From: Octopus sinensis
Taxonomy: Eukaryota
Length of the DNA: 64,000 bases
Direction of reading: 5' to 3'
NCBI RefSeq assembly: GCF_006345805.1
Contig: NC_043005.1
Span: 20,088,001-20,152,000, forward strand
The translations under genes and the position numbers were made by a program. Positions 22,568 through 37,999 of this stretch are shown piece after piece. The stretch's first letter is position 1, and every line of letters begins with the position of its first letter. The notes beneath the pieces were generated by a model that did not search any database, was not told the origin of the DNA, and was given only the letters and a program-made list of their open reading frames with translations.

Positions 22568-25500
22568 ACTACCATTCCCAGCATTCCAACTCAACCGACA
22601 TCAACAACAACCACCAAAGCCAATGCTCATCCAACACCAATACTGTTCTGACCAACCCCAGCAACACCTCTATGCAGCCACTCAACTTGCAAAAAACAGC
22701 AGCCAAAGTTTCCTCACATCACCCCCTTACCATCTTCAAAAAGAAGGACATGTTGAATTATATGTTTCTGAGTTCCCTGTGCATAGGGAAAAAGACAAAA
22801 AGAACATAGCAAATGGAATGACTTTGATCACAGATCTTGATTAGCTCTAACTCAGAGCTAAACAACCACAGCAACTGACACCACCATTTCAACCACCACA
22901 TCCAAAAGCCACGATGACCAACAACACTATAATCACCACATTCAATAGCACCACCACCACCACTGCACACATAATTTCTAATTTATCACCTAAATAGGGT
23001 TCTGTCTTGTCAAAACAGTATATTAATGGCTTCTCTATTAACTCAGCCAAGCTGGCTTAAAAGCAACCAGAGAGACAATCAGTCGTTCTTTGATTAAACA
23101 TTGTCAAAGACTTCAAGATTGTATCTATAATCGGAATTAACTTGCTTGGAACACTATCAACTGGCAAACCAAATATTTTATGGTAAAATCCTGAATCCAA
23201 GGAAACTTGTGATGGTCTGACTACATCAGTAGGAATTAGTGAATAGGGAAAGGTTTGTGAGAAAGTAAGTTTAGTTGTTGTGAATAGTGTGGGATCTAAT
23301 GTTTTAGGACCTTGCTCCTCATCTAGAAAGAAAATAGAAAGAGAGAGCATTGTCTTGAGTTGTGGGCAGACATATTTTGAAAGAACTGAGGCCATGGGTA
23401 AGAGACAAAAGGGATCCAAGGGAGACTGAAGATACATGTAGTGGGATTGAACCCAAAACATTGTTGCAAAGCAAACATCTTATCATACAGCCATACCTGT
23501 CCCTGTATACTTATATGTCAGAAGTAAGATATCCCTAACCAGAGTCTTTAATCTAAGGCTACAAATAAAGCAACCTTCAGCAATTCACACTGATACATTT
23601 CAAATGCATGGATGCAGTCATTGGAAACTAGCAATACAAATTACAAATATTGATTTATAACATTGACATAAGGCCACAGATTGCAGGGTAGAAATATAAG
23701 TAAATCAACCCCACTACTTAGGTAAATAGTGCAGGGCAACTTATATAGCGCTCTGCTGCATCTGGTACTTCACTGACCTAGCAACATAAATATTGATTTC
23801 TAACTTCAGCTGAAAGCCAAGAAGTAGAATAATCAATTAAATAATTGATGGACTTAACCTCAGTACTTGACTGGTATTTGTTTTATCCCTCACAGGAAAG
23901 TAAACAATAAAGTCGATTGTGATAAGATTTGAACCTAAAATGTTAAGGGATGTAATAAAATAACACATAGCATTTAGTTAGATATTCTATCAATTCTCAC
24001 ATTTGGTGCCATTTTGAATAATCATCAACACTTTCCATGTTAGCATGGGTTAGATGAGTCATCATCATCTAAATGAGTTCTTACTTGGAGATGCTACTCT
24101 CCTAGATGTGTTGAAGGGCCACAAATCATTCATTCATTTTACTTTTGGCTTAGTTTCCATGACTGGATATCTTCTTAATACCAACTTCTTTATAAAGTAG
24201 TAGCTGAACAGTCTTTTGTTGCTGGGCAATTTTTACAATAGAATGTCTTATATGCCTTCCTGGCAGATAGGCCTCTTGATCAGGACAGATTTGTGCAATA
24301 TTTCACAAATAAAAATTTGTTAAGAATTTTTTCCTTTTTAAATTATTTACCTGTCTGTTTGACCGTTTCATATGACCTTACTCATTCAAACTTATTAAAA
24401 CATCACTTCTTACAACTTTGGTCATCATAATGCTTTGCTTTCGTTTGTTTAGTAAAAATTCCTCTTCATAATGATTTTGCTTTCATTTTATGATAGACTA
24501 CTATCATACAGAAAATGCCAGCTTCCAAATCTTGTTTTCTGATTTGGTAAAATTGATTAAACTTCAAACCTTAGTAACATTTTTCTGCAATTTTTCTGGA
24601 ACAAATAAATAACAAAATTGGATTTAATATAGAAAATTATTTCAATATACCAAATTTGAAAACTTTGATATAATTTTAAAATTTCACAATATGTGATAGC
24701 AATAGGGAAGGCCCTACAAAAGTAGAGAGACAGACAGTTATAGGATGTCACACACACATGCACACACACACACACAAACACACACACTGAAACACACACA
24801 CACATTTACAAACATACACAGGTTATCACGAGTTTAAAATGGTGTATAGTAGACGTATGTATATATGTATGCATGTATGTACATATGTATGTATGTGTGT
24901 GTGTGTCTGTGTGTGAATGTTTCTTTGCAATGGACAGCAAAAACACCACTTAGCCCCTCTCTCTTTAAAGCTTTGTATTCCTCACACCCACCTTTTTTCT
25001 CCTTCCTTGGCATTTTAAAAGTTACTTGTGTGCGTGTATGTGTGGAGTGTATGGAGTGTGTGTATGTATCTATGTATTTACAAAAGTACGTATGCAGTGT
25101 CATGTGTATATCCCTGAATGACAGCTCTATTAACGTCACCATCCCACTGCCAATAAATATTTGTCACTTACACAACGCTGTTCTCCTCTTCCCTGACATC
25201 AGCCACACTCACTATGCCACCACTTTTCCCTCATACGAACACTCTTGCACCCTTCTCATTTTATGAAGTAATTGCCCAACCCCACTCAGGGCCCCATTAT
25301 ATTTTATTGAAATCCAATTAGCCTATAATTGAAGTGGATGTTAGTTTAACATGTATGCAAATTTTCGTCAAGATTGGTTCACTGGTATAGGCAGCAAGAT
25401 GGTAACAGACAGATCAACAGACAGAAATTGCCATTTATGCATATGATATTATGTGCATTTCCTCGTGGCCTCAACATTAGAGAGTTTGCTGTGTCTTCAA

Positions 25501-26215
25501 CAATACCAAGAGGGTCTGTTCAACTCCACACTTTACAGTGTACTGCATGCATTTCATCATAACACCAAGAAAAGAGATGTTAACAAAGTTAAAGGAATCT
25601 CTTGCTCCACACCTCCACTAACTCACCAAACACTTTACAAAATGCTCTGCTTGGTTGTATTTATAATGCCAGAGATCAGAGAATTCACAGCACTTTATAA
25701 AAAGTTCATTAACTTATGGTTATGTGACTGAGGAGATGAATAAAAGAGACAGTGAAGACAGAACAGAGATGGATGGGGGTGGAAGGGAAAGATGCGTGTA
25801 AGAACAGTGCAACTGGAATGAGAGGGGAGAGAGTGATGAATAATAACAGAAACGGATAAATAGTAAGTATGAATGATAGATATCAATACCATGTGACCTG
25901 GAAGTGATTATAAAAGTGATTCATTATAAAATGTACTGGGTGTATAGTGGTACAAGTACAAGAGGGGTTTCCTTTTTGCCCTAAAAGAGCTGAAAATATT
26001 TGGTACTCTGAGGCATATATGCAGGCACACTTTATTATTTAGGCATTATTTTTGTGTGTAGCCTAATGCCTAAATTGTAAATTAATATAATAACTGGATC
26101 AGCAGCTGCAGTAAGTGATGTGATTTTTGGTGTTTAGTTACATCCTTTACCACTGTGACTTCAAATTTCATTGCATCAATTTGGCCTCTTCTCTTTTTCA
26201 AGTACTGAAAATTAA

Positions 26216-26426
26216 TATACAATGGGGGGGCAGAAAAGTTCCTGGGAAAGGCTTGGTTGGAGGCCCAACTTTCCAAGTTCTTTTACAGGGCTTAGGAAAA
26301 CTGAATGACCACTGCAATAAGTGTGTGAATCTGAGAGGAGAATATGTTGAATGTAATCATGATTAACTGATCCTCTTGCATTTTCTTTTACACAAAGCCA
26401 GGAACTTTTCAGCAATACCCTCGTAT
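26216..26426 (+). mobile_element. Mariner-derived MITE carrying the transposase C-terminal codons
   Basis: TIR-like ends gggcagaaaagttcctgg / ccaggaacttttcagcaataccctcgta. It encodes GLGKLNDHCNKCVNLRGEYVE, matching the mariner GI.KL..RW.KC....GDYVE end. Confidence 0.8.
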
Positions 26427-26899
26427 ATGCTAGTCAAATACTGGGATCAGAGTAATCCACAACACTGAAGGTTTGAAGCTTTGAAGACCATTGAAGTTGA
26501 GAGCAAACTGCTTCCTTCATGAATATGAATGGTAACTGTTTGTAGCCAGTGGACTGGGCTACAACAGCAAGCTGATTACCTCAGCAGATCACAAACTGTA
26601 ATAATGGTGCTGACCTTTTCCTTAGCAAGCTGACGCCCTGTTGAGCCAACCAGCTGTATTTCATATGTCTCACCTCACTGACCTCTCATTAACTGCTATA
26701 ATTAAATAGATTGTTAATAGGGTTAAGTTAAATCAGCTTTTCCACTATCTCCAACACCAAATAGACAGTTTAACATCCTTCTAATTACCAACATCATTTA
26801 TTCTCTCTCGTTTTTATTTTGATATTTTTATTTTATTTTTTCATAACTGTATTTATAGTTTCTATCTATTTATTACTTACATTATAAACATATATATAT

Positions 26900-26990
<91 letters not shown>

Positions 26991-27161
26991 ATGAATATAT
27001 TCTATTTTGGGTTTCCATCATTGGACCTTGGGCATGCTTTAGCACCATCTTCTAGAGTATAAAGCAATTAGATCACCCCCTACCCATCCTGCTGAAGTAA
27101 TTATTTTATCAACTGCCATTTATTTCAACCATCAGACCATATACATACATGTATGTATGCA

Positions 27162-27237
<76 letters not shown>

Positions 27238-27667
27238 TACCTAGAACAGATACGAATTTTTGGGCCTCACAGTCTTCCAGATTGTTCATCGTCTTTCACA
27301 GATGTTCTTCCACTTTTGAAGTACCCATGCTACTCAAAACATTGCATACGACCCATTGCCTCATTGCTATAAGCTAACCAAAGCATGCTCAGTGTCTCTC
27401 TAGCAGACTTCCCAAAGTTTAAGGCAAAATTTCACATTGGCTCTTTGCTCTTGACCATGATAAAATCACAGACTGCAGCATACACATGATCAGAAAAATA
27501 CAAATTTAACAAATTTCCAGCAAGTCCCTGGGCCTCTCCATTCAGTTATTCCAGATGCTTGAAGGGGGTCAGGCTCCATTAGGGGCCTACAAAACTTGAA
27601 ATAGCACAAAACATAAATCAAACTATTTCAAATAATACATGCATACATATCTATCTATCTATCTATC

Positions 27668-27718
<51 letters not shown>

Positions 27719-27791
27719 TATATAATATATATATACACACACACACACACACACGCACACATACATACACCCCCACACATACAAACCCCCC

Positions 27792-27823
<32 letters not shown>

Positions 27824-27825
<2 letters not shown>

Positions 27826-28256
27826 GGTGCAGGAGTGGCTGTGTGGTAAGTAGCTTGCTAACCAACCACATGGTTCCGGGTTCAGTCCCACTGCGTGGCA
27901 TCTTGGGCAAGTGTCTTCTGCTATAGCCCCGGGCCAACCAATGCCTTGTGAGTGGATTTGGTAGATGGAAACTGAAAGAAGCCCGTCATATATATGTATA
28001 TGTATGTATGTGTATATATATATGTGTGTGTGTATATGTGTTTGTGTGTCTGTGTTTGTTCCCCTAGCATTGCTTGACAACCGATGCTGGTGTGTTTACG
28101 TCTCCGTCACTTAGCGGTTCAGCAAAAGAGACCGATAGAATAAGTACTGGGCTTACAAAGAATAAGTCCCAGGGTCGACTTGCTCGACTAAAGGCGGTGC
28201 TCCAGCATGTCCGCAGTCAAATGACTGATATAAGTAAAAGAGTAAAAAGTAAGAGT
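27824..28256 (+). mobile_element. tRNA-derived SINE family A with internal microsatellite
   Basis: Head gtggctgtgtggtaagtagc...ggttccgggttcagtccc (A/B-box-like) and tail atgactga..aagtaaaagag. Near-identical copies occur elsewhere in the window. Confidence 0.9.
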
Positions 28257-28486
28257 AATACACACACATAAATATATGGATTTGTGTGTGTGTTTGTCCT
28301 CTAAAACCACTTGACAACCAGTATTGGTGTGTTTACGTCCCTGTAACTTGGTGGTTCAGCAAAAAAGACTGCTAGAATAAGTACCAGCTTCAAAAAAAAT
28401 GTACTGGCATCGATTCATTTAACTAAACTTCTTCAAGCCTCAGAGTGGCTGCAGTCTATTGACTGAAACAAGCAAAAGAAATAAAG

Positions 28487-28583
<97 letters not shown>

Positions 28584-29056
28584 CGTGCGTGTGTGTGTGT
28601 ATGCATATGTATGTGCCTCTGGGTGTTTGTGCATAAACAACAAGAATCTCTTTCATTCCAGACAAACTCTGACTTTTTCTGTTCCTGATAACATCTTATA
28701 TAAAGATGATCCCACATTCAGGTGCAAGCTGCTTCAATAACACTTCGTGTGTCTGAAGAGAAGAATAGCTGCACTATTGCTAACTACAACACCACTGTTT
28801 ACGTCCAACTTTGCATGGGAGACATTGAGTAGGTGGCTGCCGAGCACATGTGTGTGCACGTGTGTACACTTGAGTATATGTCTGAGCACTTGTAAGAAAA
28901 CTATGTACACACAGATACACATACACTCATATGCATAATGTAGATAAATGCTTAAAACTATGTGTGTGTAGAAAGCAAACAGATATCACCATTTTACATC
29001 TGGGTTTCTTTTTTTTTTCTTTTACTACTCGCAAAGGTTTGACCAATTTTCTTTAA

Positions 29057-29276
29057 CCCTTTCATTACTAACCCGGCTGAAACCGGCTCTGGCTCTGAGT
29101 ACAAATGTCTTGTTTTCATAAGTTTTGAATTAAAATCTTCCACCAAACCTTAGTCACAATTTATGTTCCTAACACTAGCTGAATGATAACTAAGTTATTT
29201 TACTAAATTCTTTGTTATATTTAAAGTAATTGGAAGAAACACAGAGCATCTCAAAATGAATACAGTAACGAAAGGG
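29057..29276. mobile_element. piggyBac-like MITE (second copy)
   Basis: TTAA|CCCTTTCATTAC...GTAACGAAAGGG|TTAA; reverse complement of 4406-4608. Confidence 0.85.
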
Positions 29277-29284
29277 TTAACACA

Positions 29285-29865
29285 GTTTCCTGCTACTTGT
29301 TGCATTCTTTGTCATCTCCTTTGTAAGGTTCAACATCCTAAGGTTGTTTTTACAATTTCTACCCACACCTTTCTTGGTCCTCCTGGTTCCTTCCTGGTGA
29401 ATCTGGTGTATGCAAGAGAGATTCGAAATAAAGGCACCTACCTTCTCTTCGCTCAGATGGAGACCCTTCAGCAGTAATGGATCCTTCAACACAGCCCGAC
29501 CCGAACGTTAGAAATAGCAGCTGCTTCTCCCAACCTTAACAATGTGCTGATGCCGTCTTACCTGCTCAGCGACCTGCCTCGAAAAGGCAGAATCCTGTCC
29601 TCGCTGCACGCGCGTCACTGCTGCCCCTTCCGATCAGCCCCAAGTTCCGGTCAGCTCCCCAGCTGCTGACGTCATCCCACAGAATCTTCTGGTTTTTCTT
29701 TATTCATCTGTCATCATTCATCTGCACTACATATTTGTACCAAAGCAGTCATCTCTCCTGCACACTACCTCTCGTTCCTATCATGCCCAGTTTTTTCTCC
29801 CTGTTCATCTCTGATTCATTGTTCATGCACTCTAACATTACACGTTCAGCGCCAATGTTTCACTA
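29285..29865 (-). pseudogene. Decayed RTE-LINE ORF 3' end, interrupted by the 29404-29681 insert
   Basis: The minus strand resembles the RTE C-terminus (REKLG..., V.ERRL.W, GRP.K.W...LRMLNLTKEMTK); compare 59600-59730. Confidence 0.65.
29404..29681. mobile_element. 278-bp GC-rich solo-LTR-like insertion
   Basis: Starts TG and ends CA, flanked by the direct repeat GAATC (29399-29403 and 29682-29686). It is CpG-rich and splits the RTE fragment. Confidence 0.6.
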
Positions 29866-30363
29866 ACATGTAAGATTACAGTTCCTATAGAATCATCATA
29901 CAGTCTCTCTTTTGCTGGCAGTGAGAATCTTCTGGAAACCAATTAATCTCGGGAAGAATTAATTAAAATCTTTGTCAGCTGGAACATATATATATAAAAA
30001 GATAGAATTTTGCCTAAGTATATTTATGCTCTTGTGAAGAAATCCTAACTCATGAGGTATCATATTTCATTGGAACGTCACAGAATTTGGTCTCCTACAT
30101 ACATGTATATATTAACTACTAACATGTTTATATCAAAACTAGCATGTATCAACTGATTCAGATCTGTACTCAATGCATTGGATGCAGTATTGTTTCTCAA
30201 AATACATCAGGAATGTATCCTAATTGCAGAAATCTAGCTAAAATGGCAATAAAATTATACTTAGAGTATTTTACTATAATATTTGTAGACTAGTGATTTA
30301 AGATTTATATATCAATGTGTATCTGAGAGTGTATACGTGCATGTGTGCATGCATATATGTATA

Positions 30364-30443
<80 letters not shown>

Positions 30444-30450
30444 TATATAT

Positions 30451-31491
<1,041 letters not shown>

Positions 31492-32828
31492 TATATATAT
31501 ATACATACACAGTGGATTCCTTTCAGTTTCCATCTAACAATTCCACTCACAAGGCTTTGATCAGCCTGGAATTGTAGTAGAAGACACTTGCTCAAAGTGC
31601 TATGCAACGGGACTGAACCTAAAACCACTTGGTTGAGAAAAAGCAAGCTTCATAACCACAGAGCCAGACTTTTGTTCTCAGTAACATAATGCTATAAAGA
31701 GTTCCTCTGATGATCTGATGTGGTTAAGCATCCAATTGCACTTGAAACCTTCAAGGCAGAGGTTCACAACGACATTGGTGAAACATACATAAGCACAAAT
31801 GATACAAACTTGTGTGTATTGAAATTTCCTGTACACACACACATACACACATGCACACACGCAAACACACACATCCATGAGTGAAGTGGAGAACGCTAAT
31901 ATGATGGCTTTGCATCACTTAATCATAAGAGTCCTCACTAATCTATAATTTGTCCATTCATACAAGTTATTGTGGCTGGGAATATGAATGGAAGAGTGAT
32001 GACAGAGACACAATGAAAATAGGTAGGTGAACTAAGTGAAGATTGCAAGAGTATGATGGTAGAAACTTTGTGATATAGGTACATGTGTATGTATGTATCC
32101 TTTACCGGCTTATTACGGTGCAGGATATAAACATCAGGGAGAAAACTGCAAAACTAGTCCTTTATGAAGAAAATCCAATATATTTTCTACTACTTCAGAT
32201 TAAAGAGGTTATCAAATGCACAGTAACATGTATCCAACAGCACTGTTTTTCACTAATTATGATATAAAATAAAATAATAAAACTACATCAGGCCAGCACA
32301 AGATTTGAACCTGTGGTCTGTGGCAAAGCAATTCAGTCTCTTACCCACTCAACTACATCACAATTTTTTTCCCTCTTCTGAGAGTTAGCTTATTGTCTAT
32401 ATATGTTTCAATAATTTTCTGAGCCCTATTTTCTTTCTATGAGTGAAAGCACTAACTATACACTGCATATGAATGAAACAGCTATAGGATGTGTATGAAT
32501 GAAGTAGCTACATGCTGCATATATGAATGAAACAAGTCTATGGTGCAAGTATGAATGAAAACAACTATATGCTATTCTTATTGATGTATTGAACTAATGT
32601 TTGGAATAATAAATTTGTTTCGTTGCCTAAAGCTTTCATTTATACCTTCAATTTTTATCTCTGCTAGATTTCATGTGAAGGCACTCAATATCTATCTGAC
32701 ACGTTCATTATCCATGGTTTGGGGGGGTGGCATATTATATATTATATTATAATATATTATATCATATAATATCATTTTATGTTCATATTATCATTATTGC
32801 TGCTGTTGTTGTTGTTGTGTTGTTGTTG

Positions 32829-32898
<70 letters not shown>

Positions 32899-32972
32899 CA
32901 TTATTACTGCTAATCTTTCTGAACAGCTTTTCTAACATGTGTGAAAAAAATTTGTGTATGTATGTGTGTGTG

Positions 32973-33040
<68 letters not shown>

Positions 33041-33440
33041 TATATATTATATATATATATATATTATATATACACACTCACATAAACACACATAGTGTAT
33101 ACAACTTAAGAAATTTACTTCACATTTCTTATCTCCACAATGAAATAAAATTGTTCTTTTCCACACCCTCTCAAGTTATTTTCCTCCACATCTTTGAATA
33201 AATTCTTACATACGTATGTGTGTATGTGTATATAACTTTGTACTTGAAACAAAAATAGTAGGGCTATAATAATGTAATGTAATCTAATAACCAGGTATGA
33301 CTATATATGCAAAGTACACTACATAGGAAATATTAATGTAATATTAATATTAAAATATTAATTTACCCCAGACACAAGTGTGCTTTTGATACTTCTTATC
33401 TTTATCAGTGAAGAGAAGTAATTATGTTGATATACAATCT

Positions 33441-33519
<79 letters not shown>

Positions 33520-34294
33520 CTCTACCACAAAAGATAGGTACATTTAATACTCAATTTTAAAATGAATAATCGCATTTCATACAGTGTTTTGAATGTATTT
33601 TCTTACATCAATATTAAATTGCATAAATAAACAGCCTTGTGTGTTTGTGTGTGTGTGTATACACATGTATATATGTAAATACACACACAAATACATGCAT
33701 ATATCTATATATTTATATGTCATCAGCATCATCATGAGAAGGAATTTGTTGGGGTAGATTTTCTATAGTCAGGTGCCCTTCCTGTTGTCAGTTCCACTTG
33801 TTCGCCAATATTCCCCCATGGCATGATGTGTTTTCACGGAAGATAGCAAATGAAGAATACAGCCTGTATAATAGTGATATTTGTGTATTACTAAAAAGCA
33901 CAATGTCAAGACAAAGTAACACACACACATGCACGCTCCCATATATATGTATATGACAGGCTTGTTTCAGTTTCCATCTATCATTCTTAAGGTTTTGGCG
34001 GGCCAGTATTATAGTAGAAGATTCTAACCCAAAATGTTATGTAGTGAGACTGAACATAAGGCATTGGGGTTAGAAAGTAAACATTTTTACTTAATAGTCT
34101 TACTTGTAAGCATGGCTATGAGGTAAAGAATTTTGCTTTTGAACCATGTAATAGATGATCATCCCACTGTGTAAATGTTGTTGGCTAACTTTCTTTACTA
34201 TATCCACAGATTGACCAATACCTTGTGAGTTGATTTGATAGATAGCTACTGAAGAAGCTTGTTGTATATATCTATCTATCTATATCTATATCTA

Positions 34295-34337
<43 letters not shown>

Positions 34338-35630
34338 TATATATATAAAATAAAGATAAGATTGATGAATGTATGTATGTATCAAAAGGATGTGTTATAA
34401 TACTATTCCACATATACAAAAACAGCCATACCAACAATCCAACATACCTCCATCATCAGCTGCCACATGGATATCATTATGGTTTTGACACCTGGCCAGT
34501 ACCATTCAATCTGGCGGTGTCAACAGCACTAAAATAAGTGTTGTTTGGGAACAAACATACCAAAGAAACCACAATTTTCAAACACATTTACCCTATGTAC
34601 AGCAGTATCAGTAAAGAAATTCAACAAGTAAATCTATAACCAATTCCTAAATATGTAACTAAACAGCAAGCAAACCTTTAAGTCATACAAAAATATTCCC
34701 AACAGTCTTCCATGTATGTATGTATGTGTGTGTGTGTGTGTGCGTGTGAGTGTGTGTGTGTGTGAATGATTTTTTATTTCTCTTTGTCTTTATTTGTGTT
34801 TACTGACTGTAAGCAAAGAGTAAGCCTCCTTGTCAATACAGATGGTGTCATCTGCTTGCATAGTTATGAATCAAAAGGTTCATAAATTATGTCCAGATTG
34901 TTCATTGTGAGACAGATGAGAGGATTATTATCTTGTTTAGAAGCAGATGAGGGTTGTCAACATGAAGGGCATCCAACCATAGAAAATCTGCTTCAAGAAA
35001 TTCTGTCTGATCCAAGCATGCATAGAAAAGTGATAACGTTATAATATTATAATATTATATGTCTGATATTTAAGTGAAGAAAGCTTTAAGATATATGCAT
35101 GGGGATGGAGTAGGCATGTGCCCTGCTGGTTAGGATGTTGAGCTCACTATCATTAGGAGATGGATGTGTACTGCCTGAACCAGGTGGCACACATTGTTAC
35201 CTTGAACAAAGCACTTCATATCACTTGACTCCAGTCTACTCAACTGAAAACAAATACCTTTAGCTCTGTTGGTGCAGTTCTCTCTCCTTCCAGTAATCTT
35301 ATCTTAGATGCTCCACTGGGACAAGGGTGAGACAGTTAAATGCGTATCTGCTGTCTGCTTGGGATTACACAGGCACTTAAAACAGTGAAAGCATGGTACA
35401 TGCTTGCTTGTAAAGGGCAGATATCCATTGGTTTTCATACATACATACCTGTATACATAAATACATGCATGCATACACACACACACACACACACACACAG
35501 ACACACACATTGATAGGGTTGATAACTTTCTAAAATTGTAGCATATTTATTGTGCTGCAACCTCATACCTGCTCTAGAAACATTACATTCAACAAGGTTC
35601 TTCAAAATATAGTTATATATATATATATAT

Positions 35631-35678
<48 letters not shown>

Positions 35679-35689
35679 CCACTACACAC

Positions 35690-35850
35690 ATTTTTTTCTT
35701 TTTGTTTTTTCTGTGTCCCTTTCTGTAGAAGAGCGTAGGCTCGAAACGTAAAAGACTTTTTCTATTCTTGAGCGTTATACTAATACATCTGTTTGTTTTG
35801 TACACCACCCGTCTTCGTCTTTTGTTTTTTTCGTAAACTCTCCCTATATG
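35690..35850 (+). mobile_element. Penelope-like pseudo-LTR with a hammerhead-like motif at 35719-35754
   Basis: CTTT-CTGTAGA-A-GAGC(gtag)GCTC-GAAAC-GTA-AAAG, flanked by (TA)n. Confidence 0.65.
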
Positions 35851-35883
<33 letters not shown>

Positions 35884-35884
35884 C

Positions 35885-35923
<39 letters not shown>

Positions 35924-36747
35924 CCATCATCATCATCATCATCATCAATCTGAAAGACTGATGAATAACATATAGATAGCAATGCCCCAGTTTGGCCACA
36001 GGGTTATGACTGACACTGAAAAAAGAAAAGAATACGACAATGGTCTTACATAAGACAAGTTTCTCACAAACTGATCTTGTAAAACATTGAGTTCAAAGTT
36101 GAGTGTGTTTAGCTATCTGAAGTGTTGTTCAGCTCCAGGCCCACCCTGATGGAGCAGGTCTATGATATGGGCTATTCCAGATATGACCACTACATTTTGT
36201 TTTCAGTAATAATGTATCCAAAGCTACTTTATGCAGAGTTGTTCTACATCTTTCAAAAGACATTAACATATGATTTGGGACATTTAACTGCTATTTCTAA
36301 CACCTTAAGGGACTACACTGCAGGCCTTACATTTCCCACCCACCAAAAATAAAACATATACATATATATGCAGGCAACCATATTCACACACAGGCACCTA
36401 CACACTAACATACATTCATATACTTAAAACATATTTGTGTACTCTGGCACTCACACATACACACATACACATCTACATGCGCATACACTTCTATATGCAT
36501 ATATACCCATGCTTCTATAGTTGTAAATTGGAAGCTTATTAATTATCCATAGAAAGATAAATTAATTAATTACATTATAAAAATTACATTTATGAAATAT
36601 TCAGAAGCAACTTTAGCAATATGTTGACTATAATGGTTTTAGCATGTTTTAGCTATTGTGATTAAGACCATGCTTGAGTCAAGAATCTTGAAGTTTTTGT
36701 ATTAAAACCTCTAGGATTAACTAATTATGCTCAATGAATAGAATAAC

Positions 36748-36793
<46 letters not shown>

Positions 36794-37727
36794 TATTCAT
36801 ATGTGTTGATACAAATGTACACAAATGCACAAAGATCTACAGATATACAGATACACAGATACTCATTTAGAGGTACACACATTTACAAACACAAGCATAC
36901 ACTTACACAGATATACATGCTTACATTTGCAAACCTATGAACGCACTTACACAAACGTACACACACATACTCATGCAAGCACTCAAATGACATACATTGC
37001 AATACATGTATATTCAAGCACACACACACACACACTTTCATTCTCCCATACCTTCATACACATTCAACATTATAGAATGTTTCTACCATTTCAAACCTTC
37101 AAAAACTTCTTCATAAAATTTGTTTACATTGCAATGGTTTAGTGTGTGTGTGTTTTTGTATAAGGGACTTATTTAATTAATTTCAATGCTGTTAATAAAT
37201 GATCTTGACATTAAGATTCAGAAACTTAATTAAGACAGGACCTTATGGAGTACTTTCGAAGTTACAAATATTTGAAAATGTGCATAAATTTTAATTGGAA
37301 ATCTATTTGACTTGGTATGCTTGTATAACAGTTTTAATTAGATTTTTCTGGGATTTTCTGATGAGCAAGTTAACTTCCATACTTATCTTACAAAAAAATT
37401 GGAATTTGATAAAATAATGAGGATTTCTGGCAAAAGGACAAGGCCACAAAATTATGGAGAGGGTCATTTAAATGTCTGATGCTCTGATTCTGACACTCCA
37501 TCTCTTCTATAAATTGTTTCTAATTTAGGCACTATCAGCAATTTTTGAGGGCAGAAAAAAAAAACAGTTGATCACATTGTTCCCTCTCCAAGACATGACT
37601 GGCACTTATTTTATCAACACTGGAGGGAGAAACAGTAAAGATGACCTCCACAGGATATGAGCTCACAGCATAATGAGTCATAATTAAATACTACAAGACA
37701 TTTATGGTATTTGTTTGGTTAAGCAAA

Positions 37728-37999
37728 ATGTCACTAGAAGCTAGGATCACCAAGCATAGATTGGCATATTTCAGTCATATTATGCGGAGAAAATCCCTGG
37801 AGAAGGACATCATGCTCGGAATGGTCAGTGGCAAGAGAGGAAGAGGCCGAACAAGAACCCGCTGGCTTGACACCATCAAGAGTGATACCGGAATGGACAT
37901 AGCCAATCTGAAATAAGCAGCCCAGGATAGAACTGACTGGAGGACACTGATCCAACGAGTAACCGAGAGTCGACTTCGACTGAGCGGATAGATAGATAA
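37728..37999 (+). pseudogene. 5'-truncated RTE-BovB-like LINE 3' end with (GATA)n tail
   Basis: SLEARITKHRLAYFSHIMRRKSLEKDIMLGMVSGKRGRGRTRTRWLDTIKSDTG...QDRTDWRTLIQRVTESRLRLSG*, with one internal stop. Confidence 0.85.

Noticed and set aside
22395-22844. 149-aa and 101-aa Q/N/H-rich ORFs
   Set aside because: They span a (CA)n tract and low-complexity CAA/CAC sequence, with no recognisable domain or clear splice boundaries.
23057-23461. 134-aa minus-strand ORF
   Set aside because: Non-ATG start and no motif I can name. It is possibly an old retroelement fragment but cannot be supported.
27824-27900. tRNA-like heads (also 50592, 57431, 60837)
   Set aside because: These are SINE heads. They lack a complete cloverleaf and continue into SINE bodies, so no tRNA genes are called.
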